Below are positions 1 to 10,722 of a stretch of DNA of 64,000 nucleotides, piece by piece. Every line of letters begins with the position of its first letter. The first letter of the stretch is position 1. The notes under the pieces were generated by a model that saw only the letters and a list, made by a program, of their open reading frames with translations, was not told the DNA's origin and ran no database searches. Position numbers and translations under genes: made by a program. The stretch covers positions 32,001 to 96,000 of the IMG/VR virus record IMGVR_UViG_3300042887_005324, one strand, 5' to 3'. The stretch comes from a virus.

Positions 1-369
1 CTCATATCTAGATATTTTCTTATCCTTATTCAAGTCTGCCTTTTCTGGATTTTTAAGACCTGATTTTTTATAAGAAGTATTTTTAGCTTCGAAACTCATA
101 TCTTTACCAGTCATGTCTTTCTCTTTATCATTTTCATCTTCATCATTACAAGGAACACATTCTTCTTCCTCTTCTTCCATAGGCATTCTTCCTGCTACAA
201 CTTTTCTTAATTCATCTGAATATTCATCTGATAATTCAGAAGGAGTATAATCAATTTCTGAATCTCTTTCTAATCCATCTGCTCTTCCAGCAACTATTGA
301 TCTTAAATCATTTGAGTAATCATATTCTTGATCATCTCTAAAACTTTCAAACTTTTTTAAGTATTTCAT
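1..369 (-). CDS. Hypothetical acidic protein (partial, runs off window), CTS-like N-terminus, possible EF-hand-like loop
   Basis: Manual translation from ATG at 369: MKYLKKFESFRDDQEYDYSNDLRSIVAGR...YSDELRKVVAGR...ADLNKDKKISRYE; open to position 1. Not in the ORF track. Confidence 0.75.
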   Translation of the reverse strand, partial: MKYLKKFESFRDDQEYDYSNDLRSIVAGRADGLERDSEIDYTPSELSDEYSDELRKVVAGRMPMEEEEEECVPCNDEDENDKEKDMTGKDMSFEAKNTSYKKSGLKNPEKADLNKDKKISRYE

Positions 370-386
370 ACTATTTACTTATTTTT

Positions 387-560
387 TTATTTTAATATTC
401 GATCACAAGATGGACAGTAAATAACTGGTTCACCATTTTTTATAAAGAATTTTCTATCACACATACCAATACATCTTTTAAGATCTTTTGGAGGCTTTGG
501 CTTTTTCTCTGGTTTATCAGACTCAGTGATAAAGTTTGTAAATTTGTGTAAGTGATTCAT
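387..560 (-). CDS. Small 57-aa Zn-ribbon-like protein
   Basis: Manual translation MNHLHKFTNFITES...RCIGMCDRK...YCPSCDRILK*. Two Cys pairs; downstream of the TATATATTAA motif. Confidence 0.7.
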   Translation of the reverse strand: MNHLHKFTNFITESDKPEKKPKPPKDLKRCIGMCDRKFFIKNGEPVIYCPSCDRILK

Positions 561-580
561 ATAAAAATATCAAACTATTT

Positions 581-594
581 TTAATATATATTAA
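581..594. promoter_or_regulatory. Bidirectional putative late promoter TTAATATATATTAA
   Basis: Palindromic overlap of the recurrent TAATATATA motif between divergent ATGs at 560(-) and 596(+). Confidence 0.65.
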
Positions 595-595
595 T

Positions 596-745
596 ATGAA
601 ATTATATGAATTTTGCGATTTTATAGTTGAAAAAGAAGTTTTGAAGTTTCCAATTAAATTATCTGATAAATTACTAAGTGTTTTACAACAAATAGACAGT
701 AAAATATCAAAAAAACTTATCGATGTAGTTACATACACAGAGTGA
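596..745 (+). CDS. 49-aa hypothetical protein (possibly a truncated remnant)
   Basis: MKLYEFCDFIVEKEVLKFPIKLSDKLLSVLQQIDSKISKKLIDVVTYTE*; follows the late motif. Confidence 0.5.
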   Translation: MKLYEFCDFIVEKEVLKFPIKLSDKLLSVLQQIDSKISKKLIDVVTYTE

Positions 746-772
746 TTTTTATAAAAGAATATATAGAGATAT

Positions 773-1693
773 ATGAAAAGAATTTTGAAGTATAAAGATC
801 ATCAAAAAAGTATTTTAATAGCTGAAGAATTAATTGAACTAATTTTGAATCCTCAACTTAATGAGTCTAAATTAGATGATAGTCATATAAAAAATATATT
901 AAAGTCATTAGCTGGAGACTTGAAATTCAACTATAGTTTAATATTTACTTTTGGTGCTGGTATTGGAGCAATGATTCCTATTGTTTCGAACCTACTTAAA
1001 AATGCTAGTTTAAATGTTGAATTAACTGATGAAAACATTGTTTTATTGTGTATCACGGCACTTGCAATAACTTACTTAGAAGAACAAAAGAATAAAACAG
1101 GTGAACATGAAATTGAATGTCAAGATTGTAAAGGTCAAGGACATAATATAGATTGTGAACTTTGTGATGGAGAAGGGTGTGATGATTGTGAAAAAGACTG
1201 TGAAACTTGTAAAGGTAGTGGTTTAGTAAAAAGTTTAGTCACTAAAGAAGATGCTAAAACTTTATTAGAAGAATTAAAATTAAGAGGTATCGGTAATGGT
1301 ATTGTGAAAAAACTTGTTAACTGTTTCAAATCAATAGGTAATGTATTAAAAGTAATTTTCAGAAATACTCCGTATATAGTTACAGGATTTTTAGATATGT
1401 TCGGATATACATCATTGTTGTTACCAACTATGAATGCAATTTCAACTCTAATTGGCAAATATGATTTCAATTTAGATAATCTTCCGATTAATTTATTAAC
1501 AGTTGGTGTTGGTGTTACTTCATTGTTAGCAAAAAACAGTCTGAATTATTTAATAACAAGATTAAAAGATAAATTCAACTTAAAAGTTAATCCAGATTTA
1601 GATAAACCTACAGTTGTGAGACCTTATAGTGGAGAAATCAAAGATGGTGAAGAAAGAGATTTAGGTAAAAATCAATTAATTAAAGAACAGTAA
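773..1693 (+). CDS. Hypothetical protein with hydrophobic segments and a DnaJ-type CxxCxGxG zinc-finger insert
   Basis: CQDCKGQG, CELCDGEG, CETCKGSG repeats flanked by hydrophobic helices. Confidence 0.7.
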   Translation: MKRILKYKDHQKSILIAEELIELILNPQLNESKLDDSHIKNILKSLAGDLKFNYSLIFTFGAGIGAMIPIVSNLLKNASLNVELTDENIVLLCITALAITYLEEQKNKTGEHEIECQDCKGQGHNIDCELCDGEGCDDCEKDCETCKGSGLVKSLVTKEDAKTLLEELKLRGIGNGIVKKLVNCFKSIGNVLKVIFRNTPYIVTGFLDMFGYTSLLLPTMNAISTLIGKYDFNLDNLPINLLTVGVGVTSLLAKNSLNYLITRLKDKFNLKVNPDLDKPTVVRPYSGEIKDGEERDLGKNQLIKEQ

Positions 1694-1694
1694 T

Positions 1695-3950
1695 ATGAGT
1701 TTGAGTAAAAAATACAGTGATTTTTTATTGATGAGATTATTTGAATCTGTCTTCGTTACAAGTAGAGAGTTCAAACAGATTATTAATGATATGCCAAATA
1801 CTGATAAAATTGCAGATATTTTGTATAGTATTATTGATGAAAGAACAGATATTAAAACTAATTATAATTTAGTTGATATTCAGAAAGACAAAAATGATGA
1901 AATTTCATTTTTGCCAGATACTCAGTATCAAAGATTCATCACTAAAGGTGAGGATGTATCTACTAAGACTAAGAGTAATTCAAAAATTGGTAGAATGATT
2001 GGGCAAATTTTGAGAGACAATGGTCACACTAAATTTACTGATTCGGATATTGAGAAATTCGTAAATTCATTCAAATCTCAGTGGAATAAGAAACATGGAA
2101 TTATTAACCGTAAAACTGAAGTAGTCAAAGGTGATCAAATTTTAAAGTGGTATAACAGTAAGAATTATAATTCCGATAAAGGAACCTTAGGTAGCTCTTG
2201 TATGAGATATGATAAAGTGAATCACTTTATGAATATCTATGCTAAAAATCCAGATAAAATATCTATGGTTATTATTACTGAAGAAGGTAAATTAGTAGCA
2301 AGAGCTTTATTCTGGGTACTAGATGAAACAACTGCTGGATCAAGTAAAAAGTTCTATTTAGATAGAATTTATACTGAACAGGATTCTGATTTTCAGTTTG
2401 TTTATGATTGGGTTGTTGAGAATCTATGTGCCAATGATCCAAAAATTCTAACGTCACATAAAAATGGTGATAATCAATATGAGATGAAAGTTTTCTTAAA
2501 AAACACTAAATTTGATCATTATCCTTATGCTGACACATTTAATTATTTATATGAAAGATTAAACAAAGATGGTCAAGTTACTGGAAGTGGATTTGTTTCT
2601 AACCTACATGATGAATCTATGGCTGAGCAGACAAAAGATGGTCAGAGTTTTCTTATTTCTGAAATAAGAAATCACAGTGAAGGTACTCCGAGTAATTTAA
2701 GTCATGTATATTCAGAATATTTTGATAGTTATATACTGAAAAGTGAGGCAGTGAAAGATCATAGATTAGGTTGGATTCCAAAATCCAAATGTAAAAGATG
2801 TGAGTTTGATGGTGAATGGATTTATGAAGAAAATGCTATCTGGTCTGATGCAATGCAAGATTGGATTCATAAAGATTTTGCACGCGATTCAGACTTTGGA
2901 GTTGTTCATAAAGATGCTGTGAAAAAAGTGGCGACCAAATATATTGGTAAATATACTAACCCTATAGATTTTATAAACGGATTAGGAAAAGGTGAAGAAT
3001 TGTTTGAGATCAAAGATATGATTAAGTCATCATCTTCAGAATTTGAGATACCAGAAAATCGATATGGAGGTCCTCGATATTATATAAAAGAATTACTAGT
3101 GAAAGATATTTGGGGTGATTACCAAGTAAAACAATCATCATTTGAATTACACGAATGTGATGATGTTGAATTAACAAAAAAAGTTGAGTTTTCAAATCTG
3201 ATTATAAGATCTAAGTATATGATGTTAGATGATGCAGTTTTATTTGATGTAAATTACACAGATACTACAATATGGATAGGTTTTAGTGATCTAAAGGATT
3301 TTTATGATCAAGCGTATTATACAAAATTCATGGAATTTTTAAAATCATCAAATATTGATGAATCTACTAAAAAGAGAATTAGTGAAGTCAAAACGAAGTT
3401 TCATGAATATTGGTTCGCTGAGTCTAGTGCTTATCGTACAGCCTTTAACTTACAGGAAAAAATGAAGAATGTCACTCCTGAAGAAGTTGTTTTAGAACTT
3501 TATGAGTCGGTTTGTTCAAAACTTGCAAAAAAAGGTTTTTTTGAAGAACGTGTTATAGAGGCTCTTGAAAATGAATATTATGACTATATGAGTATGAGTC
3601 CCGAAAATAAAGACGAAGTAATAAAATTTAGCTTAAAATTAATTGAGGTCATGATCCTACCATATCTTATCACAGAAGATAGTTACGATTCTAAAATTGA
3701 ACTACAAAAATGGTGTTCAAATAGTTCATCAATTCGAAGTGAAATGAGTAAGATTGCGTTAGATATCGCACAGCTCAAAGACCGTTACTTCAGTTATTTA
3801 AGATCTGTCTTTAGGGAATTTCTAAATGAAATTAGAATTGAAAAAAGACAAGGTCTTGAAGAATTGTTAAGAAATTATAGTCTGACTAGTCGTGAGTTAG
3901 AAATGTTTATTTCAAAAATCAATTTGGAAAAAATGAGTCCATTTAAATAA
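1695..3950 (+). CDS. Large phage protein with an SCMRY/ARA-W/DRIY/YPYxDTF domain (paralog of 58082..59059)
   Basis: Motifs GSSCMRY, ARALFW, YLDRIY and YPYADTF match the 325-aa ORF at 58082. Confidence 0.75.
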   Translation: MSLSKKYSDFLLMRLFESVFVTSREFKQIINDMPNTDKIADILYSIIDERTDIKTNYNLVDIQKDKNDEISFLPDTQYQRFITKGEDVSTKTKSNSKIGRMIGQILRDNGHTKFTDSDIEKFVNSFKSQWNKKHGIINRKTEVVKGDQILKWYNSKNYNSDKGTLGSSCMRYDKVNHFMNIYAKNPDKISMVIITEEGKLVARALFWVLDETTAGSSKKFYLDRIYTEQDSDFQFVYDWVVENLCANDPKILTSHKNGDNQYEMKVFLKNTKFDHYPYADTFNYLYERLNKDGQVTGSGFVSNLHDESMAEQTKDGQSFLISEIRNHSEGTPSNLSHVYSEYFDSYILKSEAVKDHRLGWIPKSKCKRCEFDGEWIYEENAIWSDAMQDWIHKDFARDSDFGVVHKDAVKKVATKYIGKYTNPIDFINGLGKGEELFEIKDMIKSSSSEFEIPENRYGGPRYYIKELLVKDIWGDYQVKQSSFELHECDDVELTKKVEFSNLIIRSKYMMLDDAVLFDVNYTDTTIWIGFSDLKDFYDQAYYTKFMEFLKSSNIDESTKKRISEVKTKFHEYWFAESSAYRTAFNLQEKMKNVTPEEVVLELYESVCSKLAKKGFFEERVIEALENEYYDYMSMSPENKDEVIKFSLKLIEVMILPYLITEDSYDSKIELQKWCSNSSSIRSEMSKIALDIAQLKDRYFSYLRSVFREFLNEIRIEKRQGLEELLRNYSLTSRELEMFISKINLEKMSPFK

Positions 3951-4062
3951 AAATTAACTCTATTCTAAAAATTAATGTTTTAAAATTATTAATAATTTAT
4001 AGAAGAATATATATTAAACTTAAATCTCTCCATTCACTATAAATAAAAAATAATTTTGAAAA

Positions 4063-4782
4063 ATGACAATATCTTTAGAAAAGATATTTTTCGGATATAT
4101 TATTAAGAATAAAAGATACTTTGAAATTGTAGAACCCTTCTTCTTCAAAAATTCTGAAATTCAATTCGTGTATTCTATTATTAGAAGTTACATGATTAAG
4201 AATATTGAAGCAGAAGTACCTCATCCAAAACAAATTCTTGAAATGGTATCTCTCGAAGATCGAGATGGTGTTATTACCAAAGAAGTTCTTAAATCAATGT
4301 TGACCGTAAACTTTGGTGAATATGATGAAACAAATTTCATTATTCCTAAATTTAACGCTTGGATTCTTTCAAACAGATTAAAAAGTGGTACAGTAGATAT
4401 TATTGATGAAACAAGAAATCTAGACTCTGTTAATGATTTTGAAGAAGCTGTAATCGCAGCTAATAGAATCAAAAGCATCGTAGATCAAATGTCTAAAACA
4501 GATTTTGTTAATGATGATGATTTGGGTTCTGATTTTGATGATCCAGAACACCATGTGCAAGATTCTTCAAGATTCAAAATCAGATCAGGACTTGATACTG
4601 TTGATCATATGTTAGGTGGAGGATGGGATATTTCTACACTTAATGTAATAATGGCTCAAACTAATGGAGGTAAGTGTAGTTTTTCTGATACTTACATTGA
4701 AGTTCGTGATAAAAATACTAATGTTATTGAGAAGTTAAAATTAGTTGATTTTTTTATTCGTCATAGGGGTACTAACATTTAA
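4063..4782 (+). CDS. Replicative helicase (T4 gp41/DnaB-like), N-terminal half plus 35-aa split-intein N fragment
   Basis: SGLDTVDHMLGGG...MAQTNGGK (Walker A truncated at K), then CSFSDTYIEV (intein block A, from nt 4675) and a stop 35 aa later. Confidence 0.9.
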   Translation: MTISLEKIFFGYIIKNKRYFEIVEPFFFKNSEIQFVYSIIRSYMIKNIEAEVPHPKQILEMVSLEDRDGVITKEVLKSMLTVNFGEYDETNFIIPKFNAWILSNRLKSGTVDIIDETRNLDSVNDFEEAVIAANRIKSIVDQMSKTDFVNDDDLGSDFDDPEHHVQDSSRFKIRSGLDTVDHMLGGGWDISTLNVIMAQTNGGKCSFSDTYIEVRDKNTNVIEKLKLVDFFIRHRGTNI

Positions 4783-4788
4783 TATATA
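4779..4788 (+). promoter_or_regulatory. Putative late promoter for the embedded endonuclease
   Basis: TTAATATATA overlaps the helicase-N stop codon, 19 nt before the endonuclease ATG. Confidence 0.5.
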
Positions 4789-4807
4789 ATGAAAAATAGG
4801 TGTAGAA

Positions 4808-5989
4808 ATGAACGCTGACTCGAAAAGAAAATATAAAAATATAGATTTACCATTTATTTGTCCTTTGACAGGAAGAACATTTAATTCAGTCAAGGGATTA
4901 GCTATTTATATAACTAAAAGTTTAAAATTAGATCATAAGTATTACTATGATAATTATATAAATCACAGAAGTATTGAGTGTTATTTCTGTGGTGGTATAG
5001 GAGAGTTTATTAGTGTGGGTAAGGGGTATCGAAATCTTTGCAATAATAAATTATGTATAGAGAAATCATTTAAGTCGAATTCAATTGATGGTATCAGATA
5101 TAGAGAAAATTGCTCTATGGAAGAAGCTAATCTGATATTTAGAAACACAAACAAAAAAAATCTTGAGAAGAGGACTAAAACTATATCAAGAATAAAGAAG
5201 GATAACCCAAATTTCTATAAAGAAAATAGTAGAAATTGTAAAGAGTATTGGGTCAAAAGGGGTTACTCGGAAAAAGAATCTATTCAGAAAAGTATTGATG
5301 TTATGAATGAAATACATAAAAAAACATCAACTAAAAGAAAAGAAGATAAGGAGAAGTATAAACATAGTTACAATACCTGTATAGAATATTATATAAAAAG
5401 AGGATACTCAGAAGAAGAAGGAAAAAGATTGATATCCGAGAGACAAAAGACTTTTTCATTAGAAATATGTATAAATAAATATGGTTCAGATAAGGGTTTA
5501 GAAATTTGGACAAATAGACAAAGTAATTGGTTAAATAAATTGAATACAAAACCAAATTCCGAAAAAATAAAAATAAACAGAAAAAAAATATCTAATAAAA
5601 CTGGATATTCGAAATCTTCTCAAGTTCTTTTTTGGAAAATTTATGATTTATTTAGAGATAATAATATAGAATTCGGAGAGTTAAATTCAGAATTCATAAA
5701 ATATGACGAAATTAATAGTAGGTTTTATAAGTATGATTATGTTGACCATACACTTAAAAAAGTCATAGAATTTAATGGTGACTACTGGCATTGTAATCCA
5801 AATGAGTATAGTTATGATTATTTTCATCAAGTATTAGAGAAAACAGCTGAACAAGTGTGGATAGACGATAAGTTTAAAAATAAACTACTAATGAATGATG
5901 GATATGACATTTTCATCATATGGGAGAGTGACTTTATGAGTAATCCTAAACAAGCATTGGACGCATGTATAGAATTTATAAAAAAATAA
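4808..5989 (+). mobile_element. Free-standing homing endonuclease, Vsr/DUF559-like (PD-(D/E)xK-type), inside the fractured helicase gene
   Basis: C-terminal YDYVD...VIEFNGDYWHCNP...GYDIFIIWE; N-terminal Cys motifs and YW/YYxKRGYSE repeats; lies between the two intein halves. Confidence 0.8.
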
Positions 5990-5993
5990 AAGT

Positions 5994-7151
5994 ATGATAT
6001 TAGAATATGTAAATGGTGATTCCTTATTACAGGGCAAATATGATAGACCTTTGTATGATAAATTTATTGAAGCTTATGAGGTCGATCGATACGAAGTATT
6101 GACTTCAAATGGATTTGTAAATGTAGAGGGTATAGGAAAGACGATAGAATATGAAGAGTGGTACTTAGTTACTTCAGGTAAAAAAGATATAATATGTGCT
6201 GACAAACATATATTATATCGATGTGATAATATAGATTTTGATAATAAAAAGTGTGAATTAACAGAGATATACTGCTTTAATTTGCTAGTAGGTGATTGGA
6301 TTATGACAAAAGATGGACCTGAAAAAATAATACACTTAGGATTGACTGGAAAAATGTCTAATATGTATGATCTTCAATTATCTGATGGATCTAAAAAACA
6401 GTATTATACAAATGATATATTAAGTCATAATTCATTATGGATGCAAAATTTCGCAGTAAGATCTGCTGATATGGGATATAATGTGCTGTATATTACATTA
6501 GAAATGAGTGAGAGAAAAGTAATGAAGAGATTAGGTGCAATGAGGTTGAAAATTCCTATTAATGATTATGATAATGTTAGTAAGGATGTTGAATTAATCA
6601 AAAGAAAAATAAGTAATTTAAAAAATACTAATAATAGTGATTTGTTTGAGAAGAAAGTAGGAAAAATTATTACAAAATTCTGGGCAGCTGGTACGGCAAC
6701 AATTAATGATTTCGATAATTATATTCAGAAACTAAAAGAAAAGAAAAATATTAAAATTGATTTAGTGGTTGTTGATTACATAACACTAATTGCGCCAGTA
6801 AAAGGAATAGCAGGTGATAATTTATACACAAAAGGTAAATCTTTAGCAGAAGGACTAAGAGCAATTGGTGCCAAATTCAAAGTTCCAATTATTACTGGCG
6901 TTCAAGTTGCTAAAGATGCTTGGAATTCTAATGATATAACATTAGAACAAGTTCCAGAATCTAAAGCAATCGCGGAAACAGCAGACACTTTTTTTGCTAT
7001 AATAAGAACTGAAGAGATGAAAAGACAAAATATTTATCGATTCAAGTTGTTAAAACAAAGAGATGGTGATTTTTTGAAATCTCAAATAAAATTAAATCTA
7101 AATTCAACATATCTCACTTTAGAGAATGATGTATTTTTAGATTCAATTTAA
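5994..7151 (+). CDS. 146-aa split-intein C fragment plus helicase C-terminal half
   Basis: ICADKH (block B), MYDLQL...YYTNDILSHN/S (blocks F and G, ending nt 6431), then SLWMQN, YITLEMSE, VVVDYITLI (Walker B), KQRDG. Confidence 0.9.
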   Translation: MILEYVNGDSLLQGKYDRPLYDKFIEAYEVDRYEVLTSNGFVNVEGIGKTIEYEEWYLVTSGKKDIICADKHILYRCDNIDFDNKKCELTEIYCFNLLVGDWIMTKDGPEKIIHLGLTGKMSNMYDLQLSDGSKKQYYTNDILSHNSLWMQNFAVRSADMGYNVLYITLEMSERKVMKRLGAMRLKIPINDYDNVSKDVELIKRKISNLKNTNNSDLFEKKVGKIITKFWAAGTATINDFDNYIQKLKEKKNIKIDLVVVDYITLIAPVKGIAGDNLYTKGKSLAEGLRAIGAKFKVPIITGVQVAKDAWNSNDITLEQVPESKAIAETADTFFAIIRTEEMKRQNIYRFKLLKQRDGDFLKSQIKLNLNSTYLTLENDVFLDSI

Positions 7152-7168
7152 AAAATTAAATACATTCA

Positions 7169-8104
7169 ATGAGTGCTAAAAGAAAAAAAGACATTGATTT
7201 AGAAGTTGATGAAGATTATAATGAGGATTTAGTAACAGAAGAATCTAAAGATGTATCTGTTGAAGAAGAGTCAGAAGTCGAGGAAGAATCTATCGAAATT
7301 GATAGTGACGAATTCACAGATGATGTAATTGAAATTGATGAGGATGATCTAAGCTTAGAGGTTGAAGAAAAAACCGATGATGTTGTTTTATCTAAACATA
7401 AAATTCAAGGTAAACACAGTTTGAAGTATGATTCGATCTTCAAAGGTAAAAAAGAAGATCCTTTGAGTGAAGATTCATATGAAATGGGTACTAGTTTTAA
7501 TGATACATTTGAAGTAGATAAGTCCTCTCATTACTGGTTCGAATCAATTGATAACGAGAATTACATCAAAGATAAAAGAATCAAAGAAAGAGTCTATCAG
7601 GTTTTGTCAGAACATACTGATATAAACTTTTTGAATAATAGAAGAAAACCGTCTAGAGTGGATTTTAATCAATATTATTATTTATTAAAAACAAATCTTC
7701 AACAAGAAAGTTTCACAAATATTGAGCTTTTCAATGAATTAGCTGTCTATTTTTCTGATAACTTATTTAACATGTTTAAGTTATTAGATAATAAGTGGAG
7801 AAATCTAATAATCGTTGAACTACAAGATCATATTGGTAAACAAAATTATTCACACGAAATCAGAAATAGAAATATTTATGAAGGAACTGAAATAGAATTC
7901 TTAGCAGAAGATCCTAACTTAATGAACAAAGAACTAATTCATGTAACAGGAGTTGTTGTAGAAACTGATTATGAAAATTCTGTTTATATGGTCAATTCTT
8001 ACGAAAAAATATATGAAGTTGAGATTAATAAAATAACAAAAATATTAAATAATACGAAATTCAAGTATAACCTGAATAAACTAAATAACATAGATTTTCT
8101 ATAA
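7169..8104 (+). CDS. Hypothetical protein with a highly acidic N-terminal region
   Basis: 311-aa ORF, co-oriented after the helicase; first ~70 aa are D/E-rich. Confidence 0.75.
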   Translation: MSAKRKKDIDLEVDEDYNEDLVTEESKDVSVEEESEVEEESIEIDSDEFTDDVIEIDEDDLSLEVEEKTDDVVLSKHKIQGKHSLKYDSIFKGKKEDPLSEDSYEMGTSFNDTFEVDKSSHYWFESIDNENYIKDKRIKERVYQVLSEHTDINFLNNRRKPSRVDFNQYYYLLKTNLQQESFTNIELFNELAVYFSDNLFNMFKLLDNKWRNLIIVELQDHIGKQNYSHEIRNRNIYEGTEIEFLAEDPNLMNKELIHVTGVVVETDYENSVYMVNSYEKIYEVEINKITKILNNTKFKYNLNKLNNIDFL

Positions 8105-8207
8105 AAAATAATTTTTTTAATAGAATAAAAAATCCAAAAAAAATTAAGATTAGAAATAAAAGTTGAAAATATAGGCGATATATATCAATACAAAAAAAAT
8201 TAAAAAG

Positions 8208-9830
8208 ATGATTAATATAAAAGTTACGAAAAGAAACGGTAAAAAAGAGCCAGTAATGTTAGACAAAGTTCTAGACAGAATTAACCAACAAACATATGGT
8301 CTTGACTCAAAATGGATACAACCCTTTGAAGTTGCTCAAAAAGTAATTGAAGGAATTACACCAGACATTGAAACAAGAATTCTCGACCAATTAGCAATGG
8401 AAACTGCTGCTAGTTTAACAACAAAACATCCAGATTATGCGACTTTAGCAGCTAGAATTGCTATTACTTCTTTGCACAAAGATACTAAGAAGAGTTTTAG
8501 TGAGACTGTTAAAGATCTTTATGATTATGTTGATCCAAATACTAGAAAACACTCACCAATTGTTTCTAAATCTTTTTATGATATCGTAATGAGAAATGCT
8601 GATGAATTAGATTCGGCGATTGTTCACTCTAAGGATCATAATTTTGATTACTTTGGATTTAAGGTTTTGGAAAGAAGTTACTTATTGAAACTAAATGGCA
8701 AAGTTGCTGAGAGACCTCAGTACATGTATATGAGAACAGCTATTCAAATTTGGGGTGAGAATCTACCAAAAGTTATTGAAACTTATAATCTTTTATCTGA
8801 AGGTTTTTACACACACGCCACGCCAACTCTTTTCAACTCTGGTACAACTCGTCCACAATTATCATCTTGTTTTTTATTAGATGTTGAAGATGATTCTATT
8901 GAAGGTATTTTCAATACTCTAAAAGAATCTGCACAAATATCTAAAAATGCAGGAGGTATTGGTATAGCTTTCAACAAAATTAGAGCTAAAGGTACTTATA
9001 TCGCTGGTACTAATGGTACATCAAATGGTATCATTCCTTTCTTGAAGATTTACAATGAAACAGCAAGAGCTGTAGACCAAGGTGGTGGAAAAAGAAAAGG
9101 ATCAATTGCTATTTATATGGAACCCTGGCACGCTGATATCTTTGATTTCTTGGATTTAAGGAAAAACCAAGGTAAAGAAGAATTAAGAGCTCGTGATTTA
9201 TTCTTAGCACTTTGGACTAATGACCTATTCATGGAAAGAGTAGACTTAGATGAAGATTGGACTTTGATGTGTCCTCATGAGTGTCCAGGTTTGACAGAAG
9301 CTTATGGTGATGATTTTAGAAAAATGTATATTGACTATGAAACAAAAGGGTATGGTAAGAAAACCGTTAAAGCTCGTGAATTATGGAATAAAGTTTTAGA
9401 ATCACAAGTTGAAACCGGTACTCCATACATTCTTTACAAAGATTCAATTAATGAAAAATCTAATCAGGCTAACATTGGTGTGATTAAGAGCTCTAATCTC
9501 TGTTTGGATGGTGATACAATTGTGAAATGTAGAATAGATGGAGTTGAGAAAGAATTCGACATGGTCACATTAGATGTTCTTTTTAAGAATGGTGAGAGAA
9601 TAGAGGTTTTAAGTAGAGATTTAGAATCTGGTATTGATGAATGGTGTTTAGTTGAGAATTCTGGGATGACAAATCATAATGCTGAAACAATAAAGATTAC
9701 TGATGAGAATGGAAACTATATAATATGTACAGAAGATCATCAAGTTTGGACACAAAATAGAGGTTATGTCAGAGCAGGTGATTTAGAAGAAAAGGATATT
9801 CTATTATTAAATGAAAAGGAACTTATATAA
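8208..9830 (+). CDS. nrdA: Ribonucleotide reductase class Ia alpha, N-terminal part plus 109-aa split-intein N fragment
   Basis: ATP cone VTKRNG, ATPTLFNSG, QLSSCFL, DQGGGKRKG, IKSSNL, then CLDGDT (nt 9501)...CTEDHQVWT and a stop. Confidence 0.93.
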   Translation: MINIKVTKRNGKKEPVMLDKVLDRINQQTYGLDSKWIQPFEVAQKVIEGITPDIETRILDQLAMETAASLTTKHPDYATLAARIAITSLHKDTKKSFSETVKDLYDYVDPNTRKHSPIVSKSFYDIVMRNADELDSAIVHSKDHNFDYFGFKVLERSYLLKLNGKVAERPQYMYMRTAIQIWGENLPKVIETYNLLSEGFYTHATPTLFNSGTTRPQLSSCFLLDVEDDSIEGIFNTLKESAQISKNAGGIGIAFNKIRAKGTYIAGTNGTSNGIIPFLKIYNETARAVDQGGGKRKGSIAIYMEPWHADIFDFLDLRKNQGKEELRARDLFLALWTNDLFMERVDLDEDWTLMCPHECPGLTEAYGDDFRKMYIDYETKGYGKKTVKARELWNKVLESQVETGTPYILYKDSINEKSNQANIGVIKSSNLCLDGDTIVKCRIDGVEKEFDMVTLDVLFKNGERIEVLSRDLESGIDEWCLVENSGMTNHNAETIKITDENGNYIICTEDHQVWTQNRGYVRAGDLEEKDILLLNEKELI

Positions 9831-10707
9831 ATATATTGAATTTAGTCTAGAAAACATAGATAATAGTTCATTTGTCTATGTTTATCTAGATCCTAGAAAG
9901 AAAGGTGAGTATAATTACGGTGAGTATAGTTTTGATTATGAGCCTTTTTATGTTGGTGTTTCTAGTGGTAAAACAATACATGATAGAAAAGTTAGACATC
10001 TACAATATGCAAAAAAGGATAAGGATATCACAAATAATAACTATAAAAAAAATATAATTAAAAGTATATTATCCGATAACTTAGAACCCATCGTATTAAA
10101 ATATATTGATTTGATGAGTTTATCAGATGCTTTTTTAAAAGAAAAGGATATGATATCATGTATTGGCAATAGATATGATAGGTCAGGCCCACTAGTTAAT
10201 ATATCAAAAGGAGGAGATGGTGGTGATAACTTTACTAATAATCCAAGGAAAGAGGAAATAAGAGAAATACATAGAAAAAATGCTTTAGGATCAAATAATA
10301 ATATGTATGGACTCCCATTAGAACAATATCCTTCACATAAAGCAAAATTAAGAGGTGATCATTGGAATTTAGGAAGAACAGCATCCTCTTCTACTAGAGA
10401 TACTTTATCTAACCAAAGATCAGGTTCTGGTAACAGCAGAGCTAAAAAAACTTTACTTTTTGATAAAGATTTTAATTTAGTCAAAGAGTTTGACTATTGT
10501 TTTGATATCGCTAATTATTTGAACACATCAAATAGATCAGTTGCAAAAACTGCTAGAACCAATTCAACAAAGGATATACCTTATCATACAACTAAGAGTT
10601 ATTATATAATTTATAAAGATGATTGGGAAAATAAATTTAAAAATAAAGAAAATGAAATTAGAGAATTCCTAAAAACATTTAAGAAAAATAAAAATCAATT
10701 TTCATAA
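9811..10707 (+). mobile_element. Free-standing GIY-YIG-like homing endonuclease with NUMOD-like tail inside fractured nrdA
   Basis: FVYVYLDPR...FYVG...R...E...PLVNISKGGDGG; GSNNNMYG and GSGNSRAK NUMOD-like motifs; overlaps the nrdA-N stop by 20 nt. Confidence 0.75.
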
Positions 10708-10722
10708 AAAATAAAAAATACT

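Noticed and set aside
523-738. 71-aa minus-strand ORF from the track
   Set aside because: It spans the bidirectional promoter and overlaps two better-supported small ORFs (387..560 and 596..745).
9811-10722. Group I intron interrupting nrdA (or the helicase)
   Set aside because: There is no non-coding space for a ribozyme core (the ORFs overlap or lie 4-25 nt apart), and the flanks carry clear intein motifs.
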